64,000 nt of DNA. It comes from Botryllus schlosseri (Eukaryota). The notes beneath the pieces were generated by a model. That model was not told where the DNA came from, searched no databases, and saw only the letters and a program-made list of their open reading frames with translations. The stretch's first letter is position 1. Every line of letters starts with the position of its first letter. This document shows positions 14,567-25,860 of the stretch, piece by piece. The stretch lies in assembly GCA_051294905.1 (NCBI GenBank), contig CM119372.1, positions 40,240,001 to 40,304,000 on the forward strand, written 5' to 3'. The position numbers and the translations under genes are program-made.

Positions 14567-14833
14567 ATTTGCAAATAAAGGCATTGGAATGAAGGTGATT
14601 TAGTGTTTTGTGAAGGCTTAAAGTGTGGTTATATGCTGTACCTCGAGGATATCCGGGTAGGATGAAGCGGAATCCGGATAGGGCAAGGTGGAAAGTTGCC
14701 CACCTTGTGATGAGGTGGGAAAATAACCACCAGGTATAAAATAAGGTAGAAAATTTCCCTCCTCTTTTGAAGGTTTTTTTTGAAACACCTTAAAAGGTGG
14801 GCCCAGTTTTTAGAGTGTATTATGGTGGAATAA

Positions 14834-15320
14834 TTAAAATTTGTTGTAGTACAACGAAAGATACTTTCCGACATTCTCGGGTAGAAAGTGTTCGTTTTGT
14901 TTGTTTGTTCTGTGGTATTCATGGTGTTTGTCAACTACTATGGTCATTTACACAAGGCCGATATTCTTCATTATTTTCCGTAACTGCCAACATATAGCAC
15001 GGCCCACCTCTAGGCTTTTTTGTAAGACACCGCTTACGCGGATGAGGTGGCGAGGCGGAGCCCAGGTAAACCTCCAACACTTAGCTATCGGAATTATGAA
15101 GTCGACCTCGGTCGGAATCGAACCCACACCCATTGGTGTTGCAGCCGCGGATTATACCACTGCGCTATCTCGGGTAGAAAGTGTCTGTTCTTATTAAGTA
15201 GCTTGCCAAGAATGGAGAAAGAACGTTCAACAGCAGCAGTTGTTAGCTGACAACACTGAAGTTGTGTGCACACTGCTTTCTGGTAATACACCGTGTTGCT
15301 TCATTCTGACAATGTTGTCT
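14834..15320 (-). pseudogene. hAT transposase C-terminal dimerisation-domain remnant, interrupted by a SINE
   Basis: After removing the SINE and one TSD: LQCCQLTTAAVERSFSILGKLLNKNRHFLPENVGKYLSLYYNKF*; continues degenerate at ~17510-17600. Confidence 0.8.
14892..15167 (-). mobile_element. tRNA-derived SINE with 17-bp TSD
   Basis: A box TAGCGCAGTGG, B box GGTTCGATTCC, (AAAC)n tail; TSD tctcgggtagaaagtgt at 14875-14891 and 15168-15184. Confidence 0.9.
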
Positions 15321-15324
15321 ATAT

Positions 15325-17501
15325 CAGTGGTTCTCAACCTTTTTCACCTCGCGGACCGGTAAAATTTCAAAAATGTCTGGCGGACCGGTGAACTTTCAAA
15401 ATTGAAATGAAGCCAAAATGTAAAGTATGCAACCGTTTTTTGCAATTATATGGTGCTAGAGTGCGACATTTAGAGGGTTTTGATCGTAATTAATTATCGT
15501 CATGATGGCATCCATGTGATTTCATGGTAGTGAGTTTGCTGAGTCGAGGTTGAATTGCCTTGTCCAGATAAACGTGCTACCGCCGAGAGTCGTTAACAGT
15601 CTTTCGCGCCGAAGGCCGTGGGTTTAACCGACCACGCCAACACGAATAATATTCTTCTCTTTGACAATATCGAGAGAAGAAGCGTTTCGGAGTAGAGCCA
15701 AGCACCTTGTCGTGCTACCTTGCTCATTGCACACTGTCACCAGACGCAGGCTACGCTAGCAACTACGAATACAATGCGTGCCGCAAGACAACACCTTACA
15801 GAAGCTGTACCGGCCATGCACAAACCCGGGCCGAAATATGACTTCGTCAACTCACCCCAAAAACGCTGGTCTTGGGCCCACACAGGGCGATAAGATAAAC
15901 TTCCGGGGGCCTCGCCCCCAGACCCCACAGTTAGGTGGATGTTTTTACCTGTGGCCTACTTGTGAGCACATTCAATCTACTCAGTGTAACCAGAAAGTTT
16001 ATGCAGCCTAATCGCGCCAATAGCGAAAATTTCCGATCATTGATGACTGAATCGGTATTCTCGCTGCCGAATTTTTGGCACAACCGTCGGAGTCTCATGT
16101 TAGCCTGAGCTTGTGTTGGTACGTCGCGGCGCGGTAATGGCTGACGCCGAAATGCCTATTTATATAAATCATGCTTATATCTCGGAAAAGGACACCTATA
16201 AGGAAAGGAAAAGGAAAGGACGTAGTTTATTTTTGTCCTTGATGTTTTTGCGGCATATACACCGACTCATGATATACATACACACGATCTGCGCATATGC
16301 ATACCATGAGTGCATGATGTGCATATGCCGCTGGACAAGGAAGTGCAGATATAGCCTTTACGGCTTTCTAAGTCGTGCACCACCCCTCCATGCTATCCCA
16401 GTAATGCATGAGCGCCAAGCAGGGAAGCCATGGATACCAGTGCTACTAATCAGGTCTTTGGTCTGACCCGGCCGGGAATCGAACCCACGACCTACCGATC
16501 AAGAAGCCGGACGCTTAACATTTACGCATGGCATTTAGTGACACTAAATCGCGCAACGCGCGAAAAGAAGTTGAAAAATGATGAAAAAAGTTTAAAAAAA
16601 AATTGCACAATGATTTATGTTCATTTGCAAAATAAGTGTGGGCCCTTTTCAAGCTCGGCCCTCCTCTGATTGGGCGGTTTGGGGGGCCCCAGTTACGGTC
16701 CTCCCCGATATGAATGAATCGAAAGCGAATGATCGCGCAAACTGCGCTGTTTAGCGATGAGTCAGCTCGTATATGTTCTGTACTTGTCGCCTTCAACATT
16801 GCATCTTAAAATTAAGGTATAAAATTGTAGTATACCGGCAGGAATGTCGTCGCGGACCGGCGGTTGAAAACCACTGTACTAGGACGCCAATAGCGAAAAT
16901 TGTGATAGCTCATTCATAACTGAATCGGTTTTCTCGCTGGCGAGTTTTCGGCACACATTTCTGAGTCCCGTGTTAGGTAAAACTTCATTATGTGTTATTA
17001 CGCCGTGGCGCGGTAATGGCTGACTCCGAAATGACTATTTCTATAAATCACGGAGAAGGTCACCTAATAAGCAAAACATTTAGTGACGCTAAATCGCGCA
17101 AAGTGCGAAAGGAAATTGAAAGATGTTGGAAAAAGTTTTTTTTTAAATACGCCATGATTTATGTTCACTTGCAAAATAATTTTGGGCGAAAACCGAATGA
17201 TCGCGCAAACTGCGCTGTTTAGCGATGAGTCAGCTCGTATCTGTTTTGTACTTGTCGCTCACATGTCGTTAAAAGACATGTCTTGAACTTCAAGTCAAAT
17301 CGAACATGTTTCTATGCCTAATCTTACCTCACGAAGTTCTGAATAAGTTTAGAATTTGATGTTTTATTTATTTTACCAATGGACAAGCCTTCAACATTGC
17401 ATCTTGAAATTAAGGTATAAAATTGCAATATGTCTGGTGGACCGGCGGAAATGTCGTCGCGGACCGGCACCGGTCCGCGGACCGGCGGTTGAGAACCACT
17501 G
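15325..17501. mobile_element. Non-autonomous hAT (Charlie/Buster-type) with internal duplication of its right half
   Basis: TIR CAGTGGTTCTCAACC; perfect TSD gtctatat; extra right end at ~16850-16876. Confidence 0.88.
16198..16520 (-). mobile_element. tRNA-derived SINE, probably Meta-domain type
   Basis: B box GGTTCGATTCC followed by CCAAAGAC...CCCTGCTTGGCGCTCA core (recalled MetaSINE-like motif); (TTTCC)n tail. Confidence 0.65.
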
Positions 17502-19849
17502 GTCTATATCACAATTTTCAGCTTGCGCTTCTTGATGTAAGAACCATGCAATGCCCAAGCAGTCTTGCTTCAGTTAGAATATTGCGGTACGTTGACCATA
17601 AAACCATGTCACTATTTGTTTCATTTGACCGTTTATGATTCACTATGAGCAGACGATGGGCCGTTTACAACGGTAAGCCTATAAAGTAGGCTACAGGCTG
17701 TAAATTACCACATGATAAGTTCACAAACAGCGCAAAATCGACGATACAAACGAAATGTAGAGGTCAAAAAATGTCTGATTTTGTAAACAATTTTGACAAA
17801 TTTTGACCTAACGCTACAATTTTGACCAAATTTTGACTTTTTTTGACATGTCAAAAAAAAATCGCCCTACTGATCACTCAATATCCAATTTATTTAGTGA
17901 CACCAAATCGGACAAAGTGTGAAATTTCGTTTTTAAAAGTTGGATGAAGTTTCAACTAAAATCATCTTTAGTTTATGTTCATTCACGAAATAACTTTATG
18001 GGCTCCTTCAAGCTCGGCCCCTATCAATTAGGGGTTGTAGTGTGGCAGTTACTATAGTTACTATACTGCACAAAATGAATGAATGGATAACGAATCATCG
18101 TGCAAACTGCGCATTTTAGCAAGTCAGCTTGTACTGGTACTGTCACATGTCGTCAAACGACACGGCTGGAACTTCAAGTCAAATGTTTCAAGACCTAATG
18201 CTACCTCACGAAGTTCTCAATCAGTTTAAGTTTTGACGCTTTATTGATTTTATCAATGGACAAGCCTTCAACATATTGCATCTTGAAATTAAGGTTTAAA
18301 ATTGTAAAATGCCTGGCTGACCGGCAGGAAAGTCGTCGTGGACCGGCACCGGTCCGCGGACCGACGGTTGAGAACCACTGGACTAGAACATGTTTGACGA
18401 CACGCGGCGTTCTCTCATAATTTCGAATATAGTCATACTCCATTCCGTAAATTTGGCGTATTTTAAAATTTTTATCTTCAGGGGGTACCAATACTAAAAC
18501 AAATAAATCGAGTGACAATAAATCGCGAGACGTATCAAGACAAATAAATCGGCCACGAAATATTATATTGTTTGATCAATGATCATATACGAAGATCTAC
18601 GAGAAATGTGGCTGGCCCCTAGCGACGTAAATGCATCGGAACTGATATTTTAGTCATCAACATCATACATTCCGTGGTCACACTAATCAAATTTTTAGTT
18701 TGCCTTGCCAGTTCACAATAAGTTACCTGGCTAATTAATTTTTGTTATACCTAATTTCGAGAATTACGTCACGGGCCACTCAAAACCTTCTCGCGGGCCA
18801 CATTTGGCCCGCGGGCCACGGGTTGGCTGCCCCTGGTATACACTATACAGGAATGGAGTGGAACATGGGTCATGAATTGGGCCATCTGTATAATGTGATC
18901 TCTGGTGATTGCTACTTGCTAGGGTCTGCAATAGATTCATCCACGGGCCGGATAAAATCATCTGGCGGGCCGTGTCTGGCCTGTCAGGATTGTGTTTGAC
19001 AGCCCTGCTATACTGTTAGGTCGGTGTGGCTATCTGTTTATGTGTTTTAATCAGATCCGAAACAACATTTTATCTGCCCGCTTCCACCCAACAAAGCACT
19101 GATCTTGGGCCCACTATAGGATAGTCGATGTAACTTGTTGGGCACTTACTATATGCATTTGGCTGTTAAATTTTATGTATGAATTCTGTCAATAATATTG
19201 ATTCTTCCATATATTAGGCTACTATGAAATGCATGAACAGGTTGCACATCCGGTGATTTCCAACCTTATATGGTCGCGACCTCATTTCCCATTTGAAAAT
19301 GTTCCGCGGCAAAGTTCAAAACTGATTACTAAAAAAATTCAGCTTGCCCAAACTTACTCACGGCCTAGGAAGCTGATTACGTCCAACATCATCGCAATCC
19401 CCAGATAACGGCGAACGACCCCAAGATTTGGAACCACTGTCTGTGACTGAAGCATCCAATCGGCCTTAAACAACTCTAGAAATATGCCGTTAGCTTATAA
19501 TTCCGATTACAATCAGACTTATTTCAGTAAATGATGGTTATTTATATTAATTTTGATTGCATTTTTTAACGACGGTGGTGCCTGGTGCACATACTAATAT
19601 CATTATACGTTGCATTAACTCGCGCGCGGCGCGAAGAACAATTTCGAATAGCATAAATCTGCTTCAAATTAATATTGTTTATGTTGATATACGAAAAACT
19701 TTTGAGCCTGCTTCAAGCCTTTAAAATTCCGGACTTTTAGGCATAGTTTAGAAATTCCTCCCGGACGCCCATTTTTCAGTGAAATCCCGGACATGTCCGG
19801 GAAATTCCGGACGTATGGCAACCCTAAGATAGGATGGATGTCGAACGAC

Positions 19850-20050
19850 ACGTATCAGTAGCGGCCCTTTCTACTAGGGATTTCCATTCCCTGTGAATGC
19901 TTTCTACGTTGGGTCTTTTTCTGGGCTCTTTTGTCGCCGTAAGAACGGCATCGGCAGGGGTAGAGGAGCCCAGATAATCCCCGACGGGAATCGAACCCCG
20001 GCCGGCTGCTTGGTGGGCGCTTATCGTAACCACTACACTATACGGTACTA
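19850..20050 (-). mobile_element. tRNA-derived SINE
   Basis: A box TAGTGTAGTGG, B box GGTTCGATTCC, core TATCTGGGCTCCTCT shared with 22857-22948. Confidence 0.75.
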
Positions 20051-20059
20051 CTCTATCCC

Positions 20060-21295
20060 TCCTGACATGTCATGGAAGAGTCACATAAAATCACTCAAAC
20101 GACAACTATCGAAGGTATGTGGTCTGTTTCGCCGCCTTAAGTACACCCTGTCAGTCAGCGTGCTGTTGATACTCTTCAGCAATTCCTATCAAAGTTACAA
20201 TACGGAGTTCTTTGTTGGGGTGCTGTATGCGAGAATACGATTGACCCACTGCAAAAATTTCAACATCGGATCGTATTCTAAACATAGAAGATATGAGGAA
20301 GCTAGAAATTGCCAAGTTTATGTATCAGTTCCATTGCGGTCAATGTCCCTGAAATTTCAACGACTACTTCACCTCCGAGTCAAAAGCACACAAGTAGCCT
20401 ACAGCACACGCGCGCCAACATCATACCAGATTTTCTTCTAACGTGTCTCTGTCTGTGCAACATCACTCTACCAGTCTAGTACAAAATTCGATCATTTTTA
20501 TTGGTGTCAATGTTTGGAATAATGCTGCCAGCTGATCTCCGCAATCTATGCTTTTAAAAACAATGTTTCCATTCTCCTATGTCTAACTACCGCTGAATTG
20601 TGTTTGCATTGTATTTCGAATTGGTCCATGATGCTGTGTCTTATTTTTCTTTTCGTTCGTTGGTTAATTTTATTTTTTGTTTATTTGTTATCAACTTTGA
20701 AAACTCCTCCAGTCCTGGGTGGTTCGGCTCTGAAGACTTTGTCATATCGAGCCTCCCGTCTACCTATGTCGCAATTCATTGTTACATCTTTATAGTGTAA
20801 TGATGATATGGAATGTATACGAATAAAGATCCTGTCTCTCTCTCTCTCTCTCTCTCTAAACGAAGAACAACTACCATATGATCAAGACGGAATACAAACA
20901 GACGCATTGCTCTATCAAATATGCCGGACCCCAATTGTGGAACAGCATCTCGCCGGCAATCCGACAGTTGTCGAGCATGTCCGCCTTCAAGTCGAAGTAC
21001 AAGCAATTTCTTCTAAATGGATACTAGCCAGCCTTCTGGATTAAAGGACTACGACCTAACATCGACCTCGCCCTCCGCCACATGCCACCTCATTTTGTCG
21101 CTTGCGTCTTATATTCTCTGCATTACTTTTCATTCTGTGTGCATGCCTCTTCTATACTCTTCGCCTAGGCTAAGGTAGGTGTCTGATCTTAACGGCTACT
21201 CCAAGTTGTTTCGACACCTTCCTATCTTTTCATTGAATCGCAGTCTTGTAATGTTTTGAAAATATGAAAATATTATCAAACTGATTGATTGATTG
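20060..21295 (+). mobile_element. Decayed 3' fragments of CR1/L2-type LINEs
   Basis: MSWKSHIKSLKRQLSKVCGLF parallels [21 protein letters not shown] of the LINE at 46427-46915; 20860-21295 matches that LINE's 3' UTR; (GATT)n tail. Confidence 0.75.
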
Positions 21296-21708
21296 GACCC
21301 AGATTTTGTATCTGCTTTGAAAGTCGGACTTAAGCAGGATTTTCCCATTGAAATATGAAAAATTGGCTAGATCAATCGTCAGATTAGCAGCATTAATTTG
21401 GACTCTGAATATGGAAATTCATCAGCCTGATATTTTCGGACTCTATATTTCGAATTGCCAGCCGAAGCCGGATAGATTTGGATTCCGAAAATCGGGAATC
21501 CGACCATCTCTGACGCTGACCCACTGACCACTGACCGGGTGGACCAAAGTAAAGACAAAATGACTCTAATGAACGATCCGGCAACTTCTTCAATAGTCGG
21601 GCCTGTTATGGAACAGTGAAGTAGGCTGCTCGGTGGGCCGGATTCCAGAATCGATACATTATTCGCGTATTTATTCACCTGCACAGGAATTAAATCGTGG
21701 ATTACCAA

Positions 21709-21966
21709 CAGAGGTGGTCAGTAACGAAGTACTTCTACTTTTTGAAGTACTTGAAGTAGATTTTGCCTTCTTGCACTACTTATTAAGTAGTTATGATTTT
21801 AGTCTACTTCTACTTCTACTTGACAGTTTCTAGGCAAAGATAGGCGTGGAATACCTACTTACTTAATTACTTGTGAACCACACCTCCTACTTCTACTTGA
21901 TTAGAAATTCCGACGTTACTTCTACTTCTTCTTGAGTAGCAACGGCGACTACTTTGACCACCTCTG
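21709..21966. mobile_element. Short hAT MITE of the CAGAGGTGGTCA / AGTAGA-repeat family
   Basis: TIR CAGAGGTGGTCA; TSD attaccaa / gttaccaa. Confidence 0.85.
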
Positions 21967-22856
21967 GTTACCAATGATACGTCCTCCTTTAGGATAATTT
22001 GTCGTCCTTATTCAAGATATCAAAAATCTCTGCCCATGACGCCTAAATGTCCTCCTTTAAAGCTTTGACAGGTAGAAGATTGCACAGGCATTTTAAAGAC
22101 TACTCCAAGTCGTTTCGACACCTTCTTATCTTTTCATAGTATCGCAGTCTTGTGGTGTTTTTAATTGATGAAAATTGTTAATCAACTGAACGGTAAGGCA
22201 TAACTAAAACGGCATAAATGGCGCGAAAACCGGATAACGACGGCAAAGATGACAAACAACTTACGTTAAAGCGGGTCTACCGGGAATCTATTTCTTAAAA
22301 TGACAGTTTTTTTAGTTACACAACCGTATTAAGTTAGAGCGGGTGGAGGTCGAGTTGGAAAATTACCGTTATTTATTTTTTAGTCTACACAAGAGTAATT
22401 CTAGTTTTAATGTGGAAATCCAATGTTTTGATGTATTGATATTTTCCGGTTATAAAATTTTTGGTGCAACTTTCGGCGCGCATTCCTTTGTTAGTCTGTC
22501 GACGGTATTGGTTTGTGATTGGGTTGCAGTGAACACTGAGTACGGTAGTGAGTTGCTGCTTTATAATTAAATGTTACTAAGATAATACGATAGGAGTCTG
22601 TGGCTGCATATAGTGCAAATCTGAAGTATATGTAAAAATCGGACTATTGAACCAGACTAGGAAAGGGACGTTACATTAATAATATTCAAACTCTGCGTTA
22701 CCTCGTCTTATTTTATAAATTTTGTGACTATGTGAAGTGTCCCCTTTACCGGATATCAAAATATTTACTGTAAACTTTAAGTTTAAAGCATGCAGACCAA
22801 AGCACTGTTTAATGAATATAATAACTTATGCATTTCGATAACTATTGAAGTTGAGG

Positions 22857-22948
22857 GAGAGTTAGAGCGAGTGGTGACGGTAACCGCCGGCAAACCGAGC
22901 GGCCCGAGTTCGATTCCGCGTAGGTTTATCTGGGCTCCTCTTCCCCAG
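22857..22948 (+). mobile_element. 5' part of a tRNA-derived SINE, interrupted by the Gypsy LTR
   Basis: A-box-like TAGAGCGAGTGG, B box GAGTTCGATTCC, core TATCTGGGCTCCTCT. Confidence 0.65.
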
Positions 22949-23104
22949 TGTGGTAGCGACTCTACAAGGCGCGCTCGTCGATCGTGTTAATTATTTGATT
23001 AGCAATTTGTGTATGCTTCCGCGTCCCTTTCCAATGCATGCATATTGATGCATCTACGCGTCAGTTACTCTTTTCGCTCGCAATAAACGGAGCTCTCGCT
23101 TCAT

Positions 23105-23118
23105 TGGTAACCCCGACG
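23105..23118 (+). promoter_or_regulatory. Primer binding site, tRNA-Trp type
   Basis: TGGTAACCCCGACG, one mismatch to the recalled tRNA-Trp complement TGGTGACCCCGAC, 1 nt after the LTR CA. Confidence 0.75.
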
Positions 23119-23597
23119 CGCAGGAACGTATTCCTGCACTACGAGCATGGATCAGCAAGCAGGCAATCAGAATGCGGTAGCTGTTAAACTCCCAACCTTT
23201 TGGGCAGAGGAAGCACGAGTTTGGTTTCGACAGGCGGAAGCACAGTTCGCCGTGAAAGGAGTTACTACGGACGAAACCTGGCGAACTCCATCACGTAGTT
23301 TCAGCTTTAGATCAGACCGCAGCAAAACGGCTGATGGAACTATTGGACAATCCTCCGCAGGCAGAGAAGTACAACACAATCAAAAGCAGGTTATTACAGT
23401 CATTTGCCTTGTCTCCACCAGAGCGAGCTGCACGTCTGTTGAATATGTCACCTCTCGGCGACAGAAAACTGACAGAGATGATAGACGAAATGCTAGCGCT
23501 GCTAGGAGATCATCACCCCTGCTTCCTTTTCAAATGCTTATTCTTACAGCAAATGCCGGAAAACATACGGATAGTGCTGGCAAAAGAGGATCTAGAT

Positions 23598-25860
23598 CAG
23601 TGCTCTTCAACCGGGGTTGTCGTACACCCTAGGGTGTACCAGAATTTGCAAAGGGTGTACCACTTGGATGGGGTGTACAGGGGTGTACCAGATCCGAATT
23701 ACAATGAGCTATCACAAAGGCAGGTTTATGGGTCCGTACAGGTTGACGCACAGGTTAACGAGCAATATGGTACGCAGAGATGCCACTGAGATATCTTGGA
23801 AAAACCCAGATTTGGACGTTGAAAAAACCCAGAAAAACCCAGATCCTATATTTCACTCAAATTTATATGATATAGCTGCAAAACAGTGACTGAGAGTCAT
23901 CAACGACAGTTATACGGACATAGAAGAAGTTTTAGCCCTTGATATTGAAATCCCAACTGTTCATTTTCATACTATACATCTTGCTCAGTTAAAGGAGCAA
24001 ATCCATCGAAAGATGATGCTTTCCTCTCGACACATTACTACGGGTAATTCGGTATGGAGGGGGGGGGGGGGGGGGGTCAATGCGTAGTTTATTATATATT
24101 CGTAATGTTTGTCACAATGCTAATCCCCATCTATGATGAGGATGATTCTAGGGTATAGTTCCAGTGACTGTGAGCTGACCAGATAGATTAAAAATAGCTT
24201 TCGATTCATTAAACCTGGGACAAGCACTTTTATCTGGGATGTTTAGTCGAAAAAGAAACTGCCAGATCATGAAATTAAGGGTACATTTGAATTTGACAAA
24301 CCCCTCTCCCTCTGAATAACTTGCCCGGGTGCCCAAACTGTCTCTTTGAGTGTCCCTGTTCAAAGTGAATATAATCCGATGTCAACATGGTGAATTAGTT
24401 AGATCTACATTTGGTCTTTCCATGTGCATTAATTGCATACTTTACAGCAGTTACATACTATTTACTGACACACAACGAATTTGTTGCAGCGCTAGTATTC
24501 AAGTCCTGAATAGTTTTGAATTGCAAAACAAATGCTCCAGAGTTGCCTTGTGAAAATGACTTTCTGCGACCTAGTAGTCAGTATTCAATTAAGCTCTCTC
24601 ATCACGCCAAGACCTCTCATTTTAATAGTAAATGGATCTCTTTAGACTCAATCACAGTAGAATCCGTCGATATTATTAGATCTTACTAAGCTAATAATCA
24701 ATTTTGCGCCGTAAAATTGACCTGACCAACATGATGTTGAAAAAAAACCAGATTTCAAGCACAAAAACCCAGAAACCCAGGTGATGCTCGAAAAACCCAG
24801 ATCTGGGTGGAAAAACCCAGGAGTGGCATCTCTGGGTACGATGTTATCTCAAAGGTAATACTATACACCGCTTGATGGTGATGTCATAAGCAAATATTTC
24901 TCCTATTCATTTAGCCGTCGGCAATAGACCAATGGTTCCGTTTGGTGTTGGAAAGTATGCAGTTAACAAACATGTGTTCAGCTATAGTCATTTGTCTTTT
25001 AATGATTTTTGAGGAAACCGCCGGGATAGCTCAGACTTCTTGAATCGGTACTTCCTACCCGACGTTAATAAATACCGCAATGCACATAAATAAAATGACG
25101 GAGCCAGCCAGGGTCGAAACAACTTCCATGTTGAAATCGAAACCATCTTGTTTTAAAATGCCGATTTTATGTCCAATATTTCGCCATACATTTGTAATAT
25201 AGTATTTTTTTATTAGTGATGCCAATTAGCGACAATAGACTGTGTATAGCGGCATACGATCGGAGGTTACTGACATCTCTTCCAGGCCATGTGCTACTAT
25301 CGACTGTGTGTGGTGTGAGGCAGGCCTGATACGCAGTAGGCTGGTGCGCCTGCTATCATCGCTGATCTGAATTACCGCTTCTGCAGCAGTAGCTTTACCT
25401 ACTCTCTCCACAATACTGTTACATTTAGGTTGATTATCGTTGACACGAAATAAATTCCAATTTGCGTGGCGGGCGGCCTAACTGGCTGCGAATAGACTCT
25501 GTGACCACATACTATTTTATTCAAATCCAATTTTTTGACGGCAATAACTCCGCTTCTACTGGTTGGAATTGAGCCAAATTTGAAGAACATCATTTTTATA
25601 GACAACCTAATACTTTCATGTGGTGAACAGAAAAATTTCACATTTTTCGTTATTTCTTCTCCCGTAGCCATGCGGCTACTGGTTGGAATTGAACCAAATT
25701 TGGTGTGTAGGCTTAACTTAGGTAACCTAACAATTTTATCAAGTAGCCAGTACGATTTGAGGAAAAATTCATTTTTGAAGACCCCTAATGAACAGGGGTG
25801 TACGAGTTTTGAGCAGACGTTAAAAGGGTGTACCACGTCGAAAAAGGTTGAAGAGCACTG
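23598..25860. mobile_element. Non-autonomous hAT inserted in Gypsy gag (family shared with 39896-41493)
   Basis: TIR CAGTGCTCTTCAACC; perfect TSD atctagat; removal restores VLAKEDLDNPLDLARRADQMW; GGGTGTAC subterminal repeats. Confidence 0.93.
23775..24834. mobile_element. Nested TIR element with 6-bp TSD
   Basis: TIR CAGAGATGCCACT; TSD ggtacg; AAAAACCCAG subterminal repeats; empty site visible in the paralogue near 40075-40095. Confidence 0.85.

Larger units (their letters stand above)
2730..14817. mobile_element. CACTA/EnSpm (CMC)-like DNA element, 12.1 kb including nested MITEs
   Basis: Ends CACTGTAAAAA ... TTTTTAGAGTG, TA on both flanks, dense AGGTGG/CCACCT subterminal motifs at both ends; removal places the hAT transposase stop ~330 bp from its TIR. 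Confidence 0.72.
2421..17869 (-). mobile_element. Internally deleted hAT transposon expanded to 15.4 kb by nested insertions
   Basis: TIR TAGGGCGATTTTTTTTGAC at both ends, perfect 8-bp TSD ctgatcac (2413-2420, 17870-17877), subterminal TTTGAC repeats, transposase C-terminus remnant inside. Confidence 0.88.
1316..18380. mobile_element. Host non-autonomous hAT (same family as 15325-17501), split by the 2421-17869 insertion; left end not seen
   Basis: 1316-2420 and 17878-18380 are collinear with the internal and right parts of 15325-17501; right TIR GGTTGAGAACCACTG ends at 18380. Confidence 0.7.

Noticed and set aside
15095..15170. tRNA gene
   Set aside because: A/B boxes are present, but it continues into a SINE body and tail with a 17-bp TSD; the same SINE-body context applies to the tRNA-like heads near 16500, 20000 and 22880.
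24058..24076. Poly-G run (also (CT)n at about 20836-20857)
   Set aside because: Ordinary simple repeats within or next to TEs.
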